Position numbers and translations under genes: made by a program. A stretch of 64,000 nt of DNA. It comes from Bacilli bacterium. Its GTDB lineage: Bacteria > Bacillota_I > Bacilli_A > ML615J-28 > CAG-313. The stretch is from the NCBI GenBank assembly GCA_017409905.1, contig JAFQRV010000007.1, forward strand, positions 28,346-92,345, read 5' to 3'. Position 1 is the first letter of the stretch. Every line of letters starts with the position of its first letter. Shown piece by piece: positions 38,049 to 47,096 of this stretch. The notes under the pieces are model-generated. The model searched no databases. It worked only from the letters and a program-made list of their open reading frames with translations, and was not told where the DNA came from.

Positions 38049-38732
38049 ATGAGTTTATTAGTAGTTCAAAATTTAATAAAAAATTATACAAATGGTACAT
38101 TAGTCACTGAGGTATTAAAGGATATCTCTTTTAATATTGAAGAAGGTGATTTCATGATGATTATTGGTTCTAGTGGTAGTGGAAAAACAACATTATTAAA
38201 TTGTATTAGTGGGTTAGAAAAAATTACTGGTGGAATTGTTAAACTAAATGATAAGAACCTTGCGAATATTAAAGAAAAAGAGATGGCTCATTTAAGAAGA
38301 AAGAATATTGGCTTTGTATTTCAAGCATATAATTTGCTTCCTAATTTAACTTTATATGAAAATGTTGCTATTGCTAGTATTATTGCTGGTAATGAAAATA
38401 AAGATAGAATTCTTGAATTGTTGGAAAAATTTAATTTATTAGAATTTAAAGATTATTTTCCCGACCAAGTATCGGGTGGGATGCAACAAAGATGTGCGAT
38501 TGTACGATCTTTAATAAATGATCCGGAAATTATATTTGCTGATGAACCTACTGGTAATTTAGATTCTGTTTCTAGTAAAGAAGTTATGGAAAACTTCGCA
38601 TTCTTACATAAAACTTATAATAAAACTATTGTGATGGTAACTCATTCACTTGATAATCTTAAATATGCAAATAGATATATCAGAATTATTGATGGTAAGA
38701 TTGTAGAAGATATTCGGTTATTAGATGAATAG
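38049..38732 (+). CDS. ABC transporter ATP-binding protein, MacB/FtsE/LolD-type
   Basis: Walker A GSSGSGKTTLLN, signature VSGGMQQRCAIVRSL, Walker B IIFADEPTGNLD. Start follows AGGTGA. Confidence 0.88.
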   Translation: MSLLVVQNLIKNYTNGTLVTEVLKDISFNIEEGDFMMIIGSSGSGKTTLLNCISGLEKITGGIVKLNDKNLANIKEKEMAHLRRKNIGFVFQAYNLLPNLTLYENVAIASIIAGNENKDRILELLEKFNLLEFKDYFPDQVSGGMQQRCAIVRSLINDPEIIFADEPTGNLDSVSSKEVMENFAFLHKTYNKTIVMVTHSLDNLKYANRYIRIIDGKIVEDIRLLDE

Positions 38733-41202
38733 TTTTTTATTTAAATTAAAATATGTCTATCGTAATATTACTAGAAACATTTTTAGAACTTTAGCTCTAT
38801 TTTTATCGATATTAATGTTATCTTTTATTGTTTTAACTTTGTTTACAGTAAAAGATGTTTTATTAACTGGATTTTATGCTTTTGAAGATGTTAGAAATGA
38901 AAGAGTGGATATAGTTATTACTTTTGATGCTAAAAGTGATAGTTATATCATTAATACCTCTAAATTAAAAACAATTAGAAATAATTTTGATTATTATGGT
39001 GCTTTTTTTGAATTAGAAACTCTAACTGAACATCAAGATACACAACTAAGTTCAACAGTTATGGCAGGTGCCGCAGAAGAGCTAGGTAACTTTATTCAAC
39101 AAGAATTAGAACATTTACAATATAATCAAGTAATTATAAATGAAAAAACTGCAGAAGAATTGGATGTTATTGTTGGAGATTCACTTTATATTTATATCGC
39201 ATCTATTCCATATGAATTTAAGGTTGTTAATGTCGTGAAGCAAAGTAGTATTTTTGAAGGAAACAAGATTCTTGTTCAAAAAGAATTTTTTGTGAAAGAA
39301 TATGCTAAAATTGCATTAGATATGAATATTGATGATTTTTCAGAGATTGATTTGGCTACTACTGTTTATTTAAACTTAAAGGATGATATTAAAAAAGAAG
39401 ATATTATTGCTTTATTAAAAACTGATGAATTTTTTCCTAATTCGGTAGTTCGCGATCCGCGTAATTATAATGAAATGATGGCAGATATTGAAATGGGTAC
39501 CGGAATTATGTATGCTGCATTAATAATATTTATTGCTGCATTATTATTTGTTATGGTTTCTATAATCAATTTAAGAGTAAGAACATTTAAAAACGAAGTT
39601 GGGATTCTTGAAACTTTAGGAGAAAATAAAGTTTATATTTTTAAATTGTTAATGATTGAAATTGGCATTTTAGCTACCATTTCTTTATTTTTAGCGTATC
39701 TTGCTAATAGTTATATTTATACTAAAGAATTTAGTATTATATCTAATAAGGGTAGTTTTTTATATGATTATAAATGGTATCAATTTATAGGAACTTATTT
39801 AACAGTACTATTTTTTAGTTTTCTCACATTATGGGTAGGCTATAGAAAATACAAGAAAATGGAAACCATGGAACTTGCGGAAAATAAGCAATACGAATAT
39901 GTAATGTCGTTTAAATCATTAATCGTTTTAAACATAATCTTTTTTGGTTTAAATATTGTTAATAAATTTATAATAAAAGATGCTTTTCCAATACTTGTTT
40001 CATCTATAACAGGAATAATATGTTCTGTTTGCTTAGGAATAGGGATAGTATCTTTGATTATTAAATTAGTGTGTTTATTATTTATGCATAATAAAGCATT
40101 TAAAATGACATTTTTAAGAAATTTAAGTGTAAATAAAATTAAACATAACTCAATAAAAATATTATTAGTTTGTTTATTTGGTATTGTTATGTGTTGTATA
40201 GTTATTGAAAATATTGAATTAACTATTAACAGTATTGAAGAGAACTTGAATATTGATAATATTTTTATATCTCCAAAAGGAGTAGATGATGAACAAATTA
40301 ATGAATTTAATAATTATGATGCTGTTTTGACCGCAACAGGTGGTTGTTTTGAAGATATGGTAACTACAGCGGATGGCGAAATTAGCTTCTTTATGACTTT
40401 TTCATGTGATGTAGAAAAAACAAAACAATTAATGAACTTTGAAATAGATAGTAAACTAGTTAATGAATTTAAGAATCCTAATAAACGGTATATAGTTGTA
40501 ATGGATGATTTTTTAATAGCTACTAATAAAAAAGTAGGAGACGAACTCATCATTTCATTAAGTGATGGTGATTATACTTATGAAATATTGTGTGGTAGTG
40601 ATCTGCCATTCCAACAATTTGCATATACAAATGACTATTATCAAAAAGATGCATTTTTAAATACTATTTTAATAGATAATGATACCGAAAATGTTGAAAG
40701 TATGAACGAATTTAGAAAAGATGTAGCTTCTAAATATGGTTCTGATATCAGTTTTTTATATAATGCAGGAAGCTATATTAAAGAGTTTTTCCAAAGAGCA
40801 AGAGTGGCATTAGATTTAGTATACGTTGTTATTACAATTATTGTATTTTGTTTTATTGTTTCTATAATTAATAATACTATTTTGAATTTTAAGGAAGTTC
40901 AAGGTGAATTAGCTACTTTGCAAATATTAGGTATTAGTCCAATGGGGCTAAATAAGATGATTATCCTTGAGATGATTATCAGTTATTTCTCGCTATTTTT
41001 TCCACTATTATTTATGATAATAACAGTCGGAAGACAATTTGGCGGATTATCGTTATTGTGCGGATATTATCTAGATTTAATACTAAATGTTAAGACTATT
41101 ATTTTTAGTTTAGCAATTGGTATTGTTTGTTTTATCATTAGTTATATTTATTATTTTATTGGAATTCATAAAATTAATGTTTGTGAAGAATTAAAGAAAT
41201 AG
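38725..41202 (+). CDS. FtsX-family ABC permease with two FtsX modules and large extracytoplasmic segments
   Basis: 825 aa; overlaps the ATPase gene by 8 nt. Two FtsX-type helix bundles (around VGILETLGENKVYIFKLLMIEIGIL and ELATLQILGISPMGLNKMIILEMIISY), each preceded by a ~200-aa non-hydrophobic region. Confidence 0.75.
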   Translation: MNSFLFKLKYVYRNITRNIFRTLALFLSILMLSFIVLTLFTVKDVLLTGFYAFEDVRNERVDIVITFDAKSDSYIINTSKLKTIRNNFDYYGAFFELETLTEHQDTQLSSTVMAGAAEELGNFIQQELEHLQYNQVIINEKTAEELDVIVGDSLYIYIASIPYEFKVVNVVKQSSIFEGNKILVQKEFFVKEYAKIALDMNIDDFSEIDLATTVYLNLKDDIKKEDIIALLKTDEFFPNSVVRDPRNYNEMMADIEMGTGIMYAALIIFIAALLFVMVSIINLRVRTFKNEVGILETLGENKVYIFKLLMIEIGILATISLFLAYLANSYIYTKEFSIISNKGSFLYDYKWYQFIGTYLTVLFFSFLTLWVGYRKYKKMETMELAENKQYEYVMSFKSLIVLNIIFFGLNIVNKFIIKDAFPILVSSITGIICSVCLGIGIVSLIIKLVCLLFMHNKAFKMTFLRNLSVNKIKHNSIKILLVCLFGIVMCCIVIENIELTINSIEENLNIDNIFISPKGVDDEQINEFNNYDAVLTATGGCFEDMVTTADGEISFFMTFSCDVEKTKQLMNFEIDSKLVNEFKNPNKRYIVVMDDFLIATNKKVGDELIISLSDGDYTYEILCGSDLPFQQFAYTNDYYQKDAFLNTILIDNDTENVESMNEFRKDVASKYGSDISFLYNAGSYIKEFFQRARVALDLVYVVITIIVFCFIVSIINNTILNFKEVQGELATLQILGISPMGLNKMIILEMIISYFSLFFPLLFMIITVGRQFGGLSLLCGYYLDLILNVKTIIFSLAIGIVCFIISYIYYFIGIHKINVCEELKK

Positions 41203-41212
41203 GAGGTTTTTT

Positions 41213-44200
41213 ATGAATAAAAAGAAGTTAATAATTTTAATATCAAGTATTAGTGCATTTATTCTTGCTTCTGTTGTTACTACTATATTATTAGTTAATC
41301 ACTTCAAAAATAATAGTAGTAATGATGGTGGTGAAGTAGTTCAAACTGAATTGATTACTTTACAAAAACCTCTTAATTTGAAAATAGATGAATATACTTT
41401 ATCATGGGATAAAGTTGAAAACGCTAGTAGTTATATGGTTTATATTGGCAAAAATGAATATGTTGTAAATACTAATTCTATTGATTTGAAGGGTAGAGTC
41501 AATGAAAGAGATATTGTTTCTGTCAAATCTATTGGAAAAGATAAATATAAAGATTCGGTTAAGAGTATCGAATTGATCTTTATTCATGATAAAGTAGAAG
41601 AAGAGATTACTTTAATAGAACAATCATTAAGAAATTTTTTAATTCATAATTTTAATGATATTGATGCATCAGTTTTTAGTTTAAATGAAATTGCTGGCAA
41701 ATTATTTAAAGTAGGTGTAACACATAATGATATTGAACAAGTAATTTTTAATATAAATGTTTCTATTGAAAATAATAAGAATATTGTTAATAAAGAAAAA
41801 ATAAGTGTTTTTGAAAATATACTTGATAATTTCTTCAATATTATGGATTTAGATATGAATGAATATGCTCTTGTAAATAGTTTGATAAATCTATACTCAA
41901 TATATTTTGAAGGATGCTATAAGAATAATGGTATTCATTTAGAAATAGAAGAATTACAGACAAATTATTTTGAAAACGATAAGCCTATTGAAAATTATGC
42001 TTATTTATACGATTATCTAAGAAAGTTAGAAAGCTTTACTATTCAAAATTATACTTCAATAGTACATTATTATAAATTATATAAAGTACAAATTAACAAT
42101 TTTATTAATACACTAGATGGAGGTAAATTATTTGAATCTGCCACTGCATCTACTGAAATAGTAACTTTAAAAAATACTTTATGTAGTTTTTTAGTTGGTG
42201 AAATGCCATTAATTATTGAATTTAATGATTTCAAAAAAGGTATTATAAATGTTTATAATAATACTGCAGATCTTTATTTGTTAGAAAAGATATCTGATGA
42301 GGAAGTAGATAATTACTTAAATAATCTTTATTCATATAATCATTATGCGTTTAGCTTCTTAAATAGTTTAGATGATAAAGAAAGTAAAATTTTAGTAGGT
42401 CAATTTATTAGCATTTACAATTCTATTAGTCCTGAAATTAGAGATGATTTCTTTGAGTTAACTAGTTTCTTTGATTTATCAAATGAATATAACATTAAAA
42501 CGGTATTTGACAAACATTTTGATGAGATTTTTGGAAAGTATTTATTTACAATAAATCAAAATTTTATTGATAAAATAACTGAAATTAGTAAATTAAATAA
42601 TGTTAATGATATTGTGAATGAATTATTAGCATATTTTAAGATCAAAGAGTATTTTTTATTGAATGACAGTGCAAAAGAGAAAGTAGAAGAATATTTTACT
42701 GATTTCATACCAGAAGATTTACAATATAAAGGGGATTTTAATGGCTATTTAGTAGAAATTTTTAGTAATTTTGATTATAAAAAGTATATTGATATACAAT
42801 ATGATAATTTATTCAATATTGAAGATACTGATAAAGTAATTAACTTGGTTCTTGATTATGCTTTTGGATTAGTAAGTGAAGAAGAATTCTCTAATCAATT
42901 AAGAGATTATATAGACTATGAAAATTCGGTAAATATTGATTATGATGGAATACTAAAAGAAATCGGTTTAGCCTTTAATGAAAAAACACCAAAAATAGGA
43001 GAGTTTTTTACTTCTTTATACGAATTAGAAAATTTAAATATTGATTCATTTTTAAGTGTTTTTGGAATTACCAATGAGGATGTAAATTTTGATGCTAGCG
43101 GATTTATCGAACATATTCGTAGTTTAATTGGTTTTAAGTTTAATGATACGTTTACTGTAGAAAATTTTGAGTTATTTATCGATAATGTAACAAATGAAAT
43201 TAAAAATCAATTTAGTGGATTTACAGAGATTTATAATATTTATTTGATTTTTAAAAATATTGATAACGAAGACTTTAACGAAATTGATATAGAAAATCTT
43301 TTAAATAATAATAGTATTAACTATATGGCACTATATACATTGTTGAATGACTTAAATATTAAAACAGCTAGATTTGAAGCTAGATATGTTCCGGCTTACA
43401 GTAATGGTTTAGAAATTGGAAATGTCAAAGAAGATGGTGTTGCCTTATTGACATATTTATTATTCGGAACTAAAGCCCCATACATGGAAAACATTATTAG
43501 TGATTTTTGGGACATTGTCTCTAAGACATTTGATGCTATTAGTGATTATCAAAGATTTATTGATGGCTTTAAACATTATACTAATTTATTAAATTCATTT
43601 GATGAATATATTACAATAGAAAATATAGAAAAAGTATATTATAATGAAGATGAATTCAATAAATTTATGGATTCATTTGATGATGAAATAAATAAAGCTT
43701 ATAAAGATTTAAAATTTGTACTAGACTCTATACCATTTAGAGAATCAATTTTAATTAAATATCATTTTTCTGAATTGATTAGCACTAATAGTGATTTAGA
43801 AGATTTAGGAACTATATTAGAAGAACTTTATAAATTTGAACTAGATATTTATGATGGTTTATTAAAAACATTAGATGAAAAACAGGAAGACTATGAAAGT
43901 AAATCAACTGCAATTAGACGAATTTATAAAAACTTACATATTTTAATTGATCCTATTGAAGAATTTGTAAAAGATGTATATGATGATTTCTTTGATAAGG
44001 GTGAATTAACTGAAGATGATATGATTGATTTTATTTACAATTTAATTGTGAAAAATAGTGACTTGATAATTAGTTTCTATAATAAACCTGTTATGTTGGA
44101 ATTAGCTAACGATTTAAACATTGTATTTGAAGGCTATCCTATTGATTTTAGTGAACTAATGAATGAGTTGTGCTTGCATGGAGATTTATTGGTTAATCGC

Positions 44201-44644
44201 TTAAATGCACAAAATTTACCTTCAAGTGCTTTAAAGATTGTTAGAGAAGCTGTAAATACTGTATCGGAATTTGAAAAATTAAAAACTATTTATGATAAAT
44301 TAAAATTATTGGTTGAAACTGATCAAATGACTTTAGAAGAATATGAACAACTATATGTAGAGTATATCACTCAATATAATATAGTAGAAAACTCATTAGT
44401 TAAAACAATAGAATTATTAGATAATTATATCTTACAAGGTATTGATGAACTAAAACAAGATAATCCTATTTATGAAGAAAGAAAAGATGATTTCTTGTTA
44501 ATGGATAATATCGAAGATATATTAAAGGTATTTGATAAATTGAATAAGTCTATTGAACCTAATACTACTTCATTAGTTGTTGAAGAGTTTGAGTTAATTA
44601 ATGCTATTTTAAAGGAAGTATTTACATTATCAATTTTAGATTAA
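41213..44644 (+). CDS. 1143-aa membrane-anchored protein of unknown family (N-terminal TM, Fn3-like module, ~1000 aa helix-rich D/E/N/I/F/Y-rich region)
   Basis: Strong RBS AGGAGG overlaps the permease stop. N-terminal anchor LIILISSISAFILASVVTTILLV without a lipobox. Module LSWDKVENASSYMVYIGKNEY. I recognise no catalytic motif. It is an uninterrupted 3.4-kb ORF in very AT-rich DNA. Confidence 0.7.
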   Translation: MNKKKLIILISSISAFILASVVTTILLVNHFKNNSSNDGGEVVQTELITLQKPLNLKIDEYTLSWDKVENASSYMVYIGKNEYVVNTNSIDLKGRVNERDIVSVKSIGKDKYKDSVKSIELIFIHDKVEEEITLIEQSLRNFLIHNFNDIDASVFSLNEIAGKLFKVGVTHNDIEQVIFNINVSIENNKNIVNKEKISVFENILDNFFNIMDLDMNEYALVNSLINLYSIYFEGCYKNNGIHLEIEELQTNYFENDKPIENYAYLYDYLRKLESFTIQNYTSIVHYYKLYKVQINNFINTLDGGKLFESATASTEIVTLKNTLCSFLVGEMPLIIEFNDFKKGIINVYNNTADLYLLEKISDEEVDNYLNNLYSYNHYAFSFLNSLDDKESKILVGQFISIYNSISPEIRDDFFELTSFFDLSNEYNIKTVFDKHFDEIFGKYLFTINQNFIDKITEISKLNNVNDIVNELLAYFKIKEYFLLNDSAKEKVEEYFTDFIPEDLQYKGDFNGYLVEIFSNFDYKKYIDIQYDNLFNIEDTDKVINLVLDYAFGLVSEEEFSNQLRDYIDYENSVNIDYDGILKEIGLAFNEKTPKIGEFFTSLYELENLNIDSFLSVFGITNEDVNFDASGFIEHIRSLIGFKFNDTFTVENFELFIDNVTNEIKNQFSGFTEIYNIYLIFKNIDNEDFNEIDIENLLNNNSINYMALYTLLNDLNIKTARFEARYVPAYSNGLEIGNVKEDGVALLTYLLFGTKAPYMENIISDFWDIVSKTFDAISDYQRFIDGFKHYTNLLNSFDEYITIENIEKVYYNEDEFNKFMDSFDDEINKAYKDLKFVLDSIPFRESILIKYHFSELISTNSDLEDLGTILEELYKFELDIYDGLLKTLDEKQEDYESKSTAIRRIYKNLHILIDPIEEFVKDVYDDFFDKGELTEDDMIDFIYNLIVKNSDLIISFYNKPVMLELANDLNIVFEGYPIDFSELMNELCLHGDLLVNRLNAQNLPSSALKIVREAVNTVSEFEKLKTIYDKLKLLVETDQMTLEEYEQLYVEYITQYNIVENSLVKTIELLDNYILQGIDELKQDNPIYEERKDDFLLMDNIEDILKVFDKLNKSIEPNTTSLVVEEFELINAILKEVFTLSILD

Positions 44645-44680
44645 AAAATAACCATCCTCAATGGATGGTTATTTATATTT
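44643..44680. terminator. bidirectional intrinsic terminator
   Basis: A-run, stem AACCATCC / GGATGGTT, T-rich tail. It lies between the convergent giant gene and the Crp-family gene. Confidence 0.75.
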
Positions 44681-44688
44681 TGGGAATA

Positions 44689-45285
44689 TTAATAGAGTAA
44701 TGTTATAAGATTTTTTTCTTTTTTTATTAAACCTTCATCTATTAAGTTACTAATTTCTCTAGATACGCTAGGTCTTGGTAAAGATAAGGTTAGTGAAAGT
44801 TTAGTAACTGAAGATATTATTATTTTTTTCGATTTTTGTTTTGAAGATAATTGATTAAAATGATAAAGTAAACGATCTTTAATATTTTTATGAGCCAATA
44901 ATTTATTTTGTTGTTTAATTTCGATAGCATCGTCGCTCATTTTAGCAAGAAAAGCCTTTAAAAAGATATTATTAGTTTGAATTAAATTAATAAGTTCATT
45001 TTTTGAAATAAAAACAATTGTACTTTTTTTATCGGCTATTACATCACCTAAATAATAAGGATTAGAAGAAAATATTAAAAAGTTTCCAAAAATATCATTT
45101 TCATTTAATAAAGATATAGTTTCTTCTTTTTCTAAATAAGTTATAGATGAAATTTTTACTTGACCTTTAAGTATTATTCCAATTTTATTGCATTTTTCAT
45201 TAGTTGAAAAAATAATATCTCCTCGATTAAATTCTTTAGTTTCATATTTAGATAAGATTTCTAATAGTTCATTATTAATATTCAT
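44689..45285 (-). CDS. Crp/Fnr-family transcription regulator (cNMP-binding-like domain plus HTH)
   Basis: True start is ATG 45285 after GAGGTG. The 89-codon upstream extension in the ORF track runs antisense through the next gene's promoter and start. Beta-roll FNRGDIIFSTNEKCNKIGIILKGQVKI; HTH LSLPRPSVSREISNLIDEGLI. Only one Cys, so not an Fe-S FNR. Confidence 0.75.
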   Translation of the reverse strand: MNINNELLEILSKYETKEFNRGDIIFSTNEKCNKIGIILKGQVKISSITYLEKEETISLLNENDIFGNFLIFSSNPYYLGDVIADKKSTIVFISKNELINLIQTNNIFLKAFLAKMSDDAIEIKQQNKLLAHKNIKDRLLYHFNQLSSKQKSKKIIISSVTKLSLTLSLPRPSVSREISNLIDEGLIKKEKNLITLLY

Positions 45286-45324
45286 AATACACCTCGAAAT
45301 AATTATATCATAATATAAATAATT

Positions 45325-45340
45325 TGTAACATTTGTTACA
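45325..45340. promoter_or_regulatory. Crp-type palindromic operator TGTAACA-TT-TGTTACA
   Basis: Perfect 7-bp arms (TGTAA-N6-TTACA core). Lies in the divergent spacer between the Crp-family gene and the ABC importer. Confidence 0.55.
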
Positions 45341-45358
45341 TATTTTTTTTGTTTTAAG

Positions 45359-45367
45359 TGGTATAAT
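45359..45367 (+). promoter_or_regulatory. extended -10 element (TGgTATAAT) of the ABC importer promoter
   Basis: TGGTATAAT at 45359-45367, 25 nt upstream of the start codon. There is no good -35, as expected for an activator-dependent promoter. Confidence 0.5.
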
Positions 45368-45391
45368 ATTATAGAAGAAAGAGGTAAGAAT

Positions 45392-46318
45392 ATGAAAAAA
45401 ATTATTAATTTATTTGTAGTGATGTTTTTTGTTCTATTAGTAAATGGATGTAATGTTGGTAGTGGAACAAAGTATAGTGTAATAATGCCGACAGGGGCTC
45501 CATCAATTGCTTTGGCAGATTTCACTAAAAATAGTAGTGAAGAGTTAGACATTGATATTGTTAATGGTAGTGAACCATTGGTTAGTGCTTTTACAAAGGG
45601 TGAATATGATATTATTGTCGCTCCAGTGAATTTGGGGGCTAAATTATATAATGCCAGTGAAAATTTCCAATATGTGTTATATAAACCAATTGTTGGTTGT
45701 AATTATTATATTTTATCATCTGAAGTTTCATCATTTAATGAACTTGATGGAAAAGAAATGGTTGGATTTGGAGAAGCATCAACACCGGGAGTTATGTTAA
45801 AAACTTTAATTGCTCATTATGGATTAAGTGTAAATGTAACTTATCAAAATTCAGTTAATGAAGCTAATGGTTTATTAGCAGCAGGTAATGCAAAAACTAT
45901 TATTACTGCGGAACCATCTAAAACTATTATATCAAAAGGAAAAGATTATAATGAAATTGATATTGCCGCTTTATGGAAAGAAATGGCTGGTAGTGATTAT
46001 GATGTTCCTCAAGCAGGTATTTTTGTTAGAAAAAGTTATGTAAAACGAGATAATGTTAAAGAAATTCTGGCTAATATGGAAGCTTCAGTTGGATTAGCTT
46101 ATAGTAATCCTACACTTCTTGCAGAATCTGCTATTGCTGTTGACCCAAATTTCTCAAAACAAACAGTTGAAAATTTAGCTACTGCAATTCCTAATTGCAA
46201 TTTCTTGACAAAAGAAATGAATATTGAAGAAGTAGAATATTACTTTAGTAAAATTATCGAATTAGGTTTGGGTGTATCAGTAGGTGGAAAGTTACCTGAT
46301 GAAGGATTCTATTATTAA
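45392..46318 (+). CDS. ABC transporter substrate-binding lipoprotein (NMT1/THI5 / NitT-TauT-like)
   Basis: Lipobox LVNGC. Periplasmic-binding-protein-like sequence (IMPTGAPSIALA...VAPVNLGAKLY...TAEPSKT). Confidence 0.6.
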   Translation: MKKIINLFVVMFFVLLVNGCNVGSGTKYSVIMPTGAPSIALADFTKNSSEELDIDIVNGSEPLVSAFTKGEYDIIVAPVNLGAKLYNASENFQYVLYKPIVGCNYYILSSEVSSFNELDGKEMVGFGEASTPGVMLKTLIAHYGLSVNVTYQNSVNEANGLLAAGNAKTIITAEPSKTIISKGKDYNEIDIAALWKEMAGSDYDVPQAGIFVRKSYVKRDNVKEILANMEASVGLAYSNPTLLAESAIAVDPNFSKQTVENLATAIPNCNFLTKEMNIEEVEYYFSKIIELGLGVSVGGKLPDEGFYY

Positions 46319-47051
46319 AAGAGTTGTTTTTTCGGCTACAACAATTTTGTTGTTGTTTTTGGGTTGGATTATTATATCAGTTATAAAAAACAATGATTTA
46401 ATATATCCAAAAATTGATAAAATTTTCATAAAATTATTAGAATGTTTTAGATGGGATAATTTTAAATTTCTATTATTTACTTTCAGTAGAGTTATTATTA
46501 GTGTAGGTATATCTTTAGTTGTATCAATTTTAATAATAATTTTATACTTAAAGTTTCCAAGTAGTTATTCATTATTTTCTCCAATTATTAGAATGATGCG
46601 TACAATGCCATTTATTTGTATATCATTATTTATAATTATAATATTTTCATCCAATTTATCTCCTTACATTATTGCTTTTCTTTTAATAATTCCTTTAATG
46701 ACTGAGGGTTTAAAAGATGGTGTTGATAGATTAGATAAAAATTTAATGGATGATTTGGCTTTACATGAAATAAAATTTATCGATAAATTAAGACTTGTGT
46801 ATTTACCTTTAATTATGCCAACTATTATTCTGACTTTATTACAAACTTTTGGATTGGGATTTAAAGTTATGATTATGGGTGAATATTTTGCACAAACTAA
46901 AAATAGTATGGGTTTAGTATTAAATATAGCAAAGTCAAATTTATGGATGGACGAAGTAATTGCTTGGACTATTTTAATAGTTTTAGTTGTTTCAATTATT
47001 GAGATTTTAATTAACATTTTTAACAAAAAAAGAAATAATATAATATATTAA
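46299..47051 (+). CDS. ABC transporter permease (binding-protein-dependent, NitT/TauT-like)
   Basis: Six hydrophobic helices and an EAA-like loop (DDLALHEIKFIDKLRLVYLPLIMPTI). Start is uncertain: ATG 46299, 10 nt after AGGTGGA, or GTG 46284. Confidence 0.65.
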   Translation: MKDSIIKRVVFSATTILLLFLGWIIISVIKNNDLIYPKIDKIFIKLLECFRWDNFKFLLFTFSRVIISVGISLVVSILIIILYLKFPSSYSLFSPIIRMMRTMPFICISLFIIIIFSSNLSPYIIAFLLIIPLMTEGLKDGVDRLDKNLMDDLALHEIKFIDKLRLVYLPLIMPTIILTLLQTFGLGFKVMIMGEYFAQTKNSMGLVLNIAKSNLWMDEVIAWTILIVLVVSIIEILINIFNKKRNNIIY

Positions 47052-47076
47052 CAAAAAATGCAAATTGTGTTATAAT
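47048..47076 (+). promoter_or_regulatory. promoter of the 5'-nucleotidase gene
   Basis: TTAACA, 17 nt, TATAAT with an upstream TGTG extension. Confidence 0.55.
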
Positions 47077-47096
47077 ATCTTTATATGGGTGATAAT

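Noticed and set aside
45286-45552. 89-codon N-terminal extension of the Crp-family ORF in the track (44689-45552)
   Set aside because: It runs antisense across the divergent promoter and the first 160 nt of the lipoprotein gene and has no SD. A GAGGTG-preceded ATG at 45285 gives a normal ~198-aa Crp-family protein.
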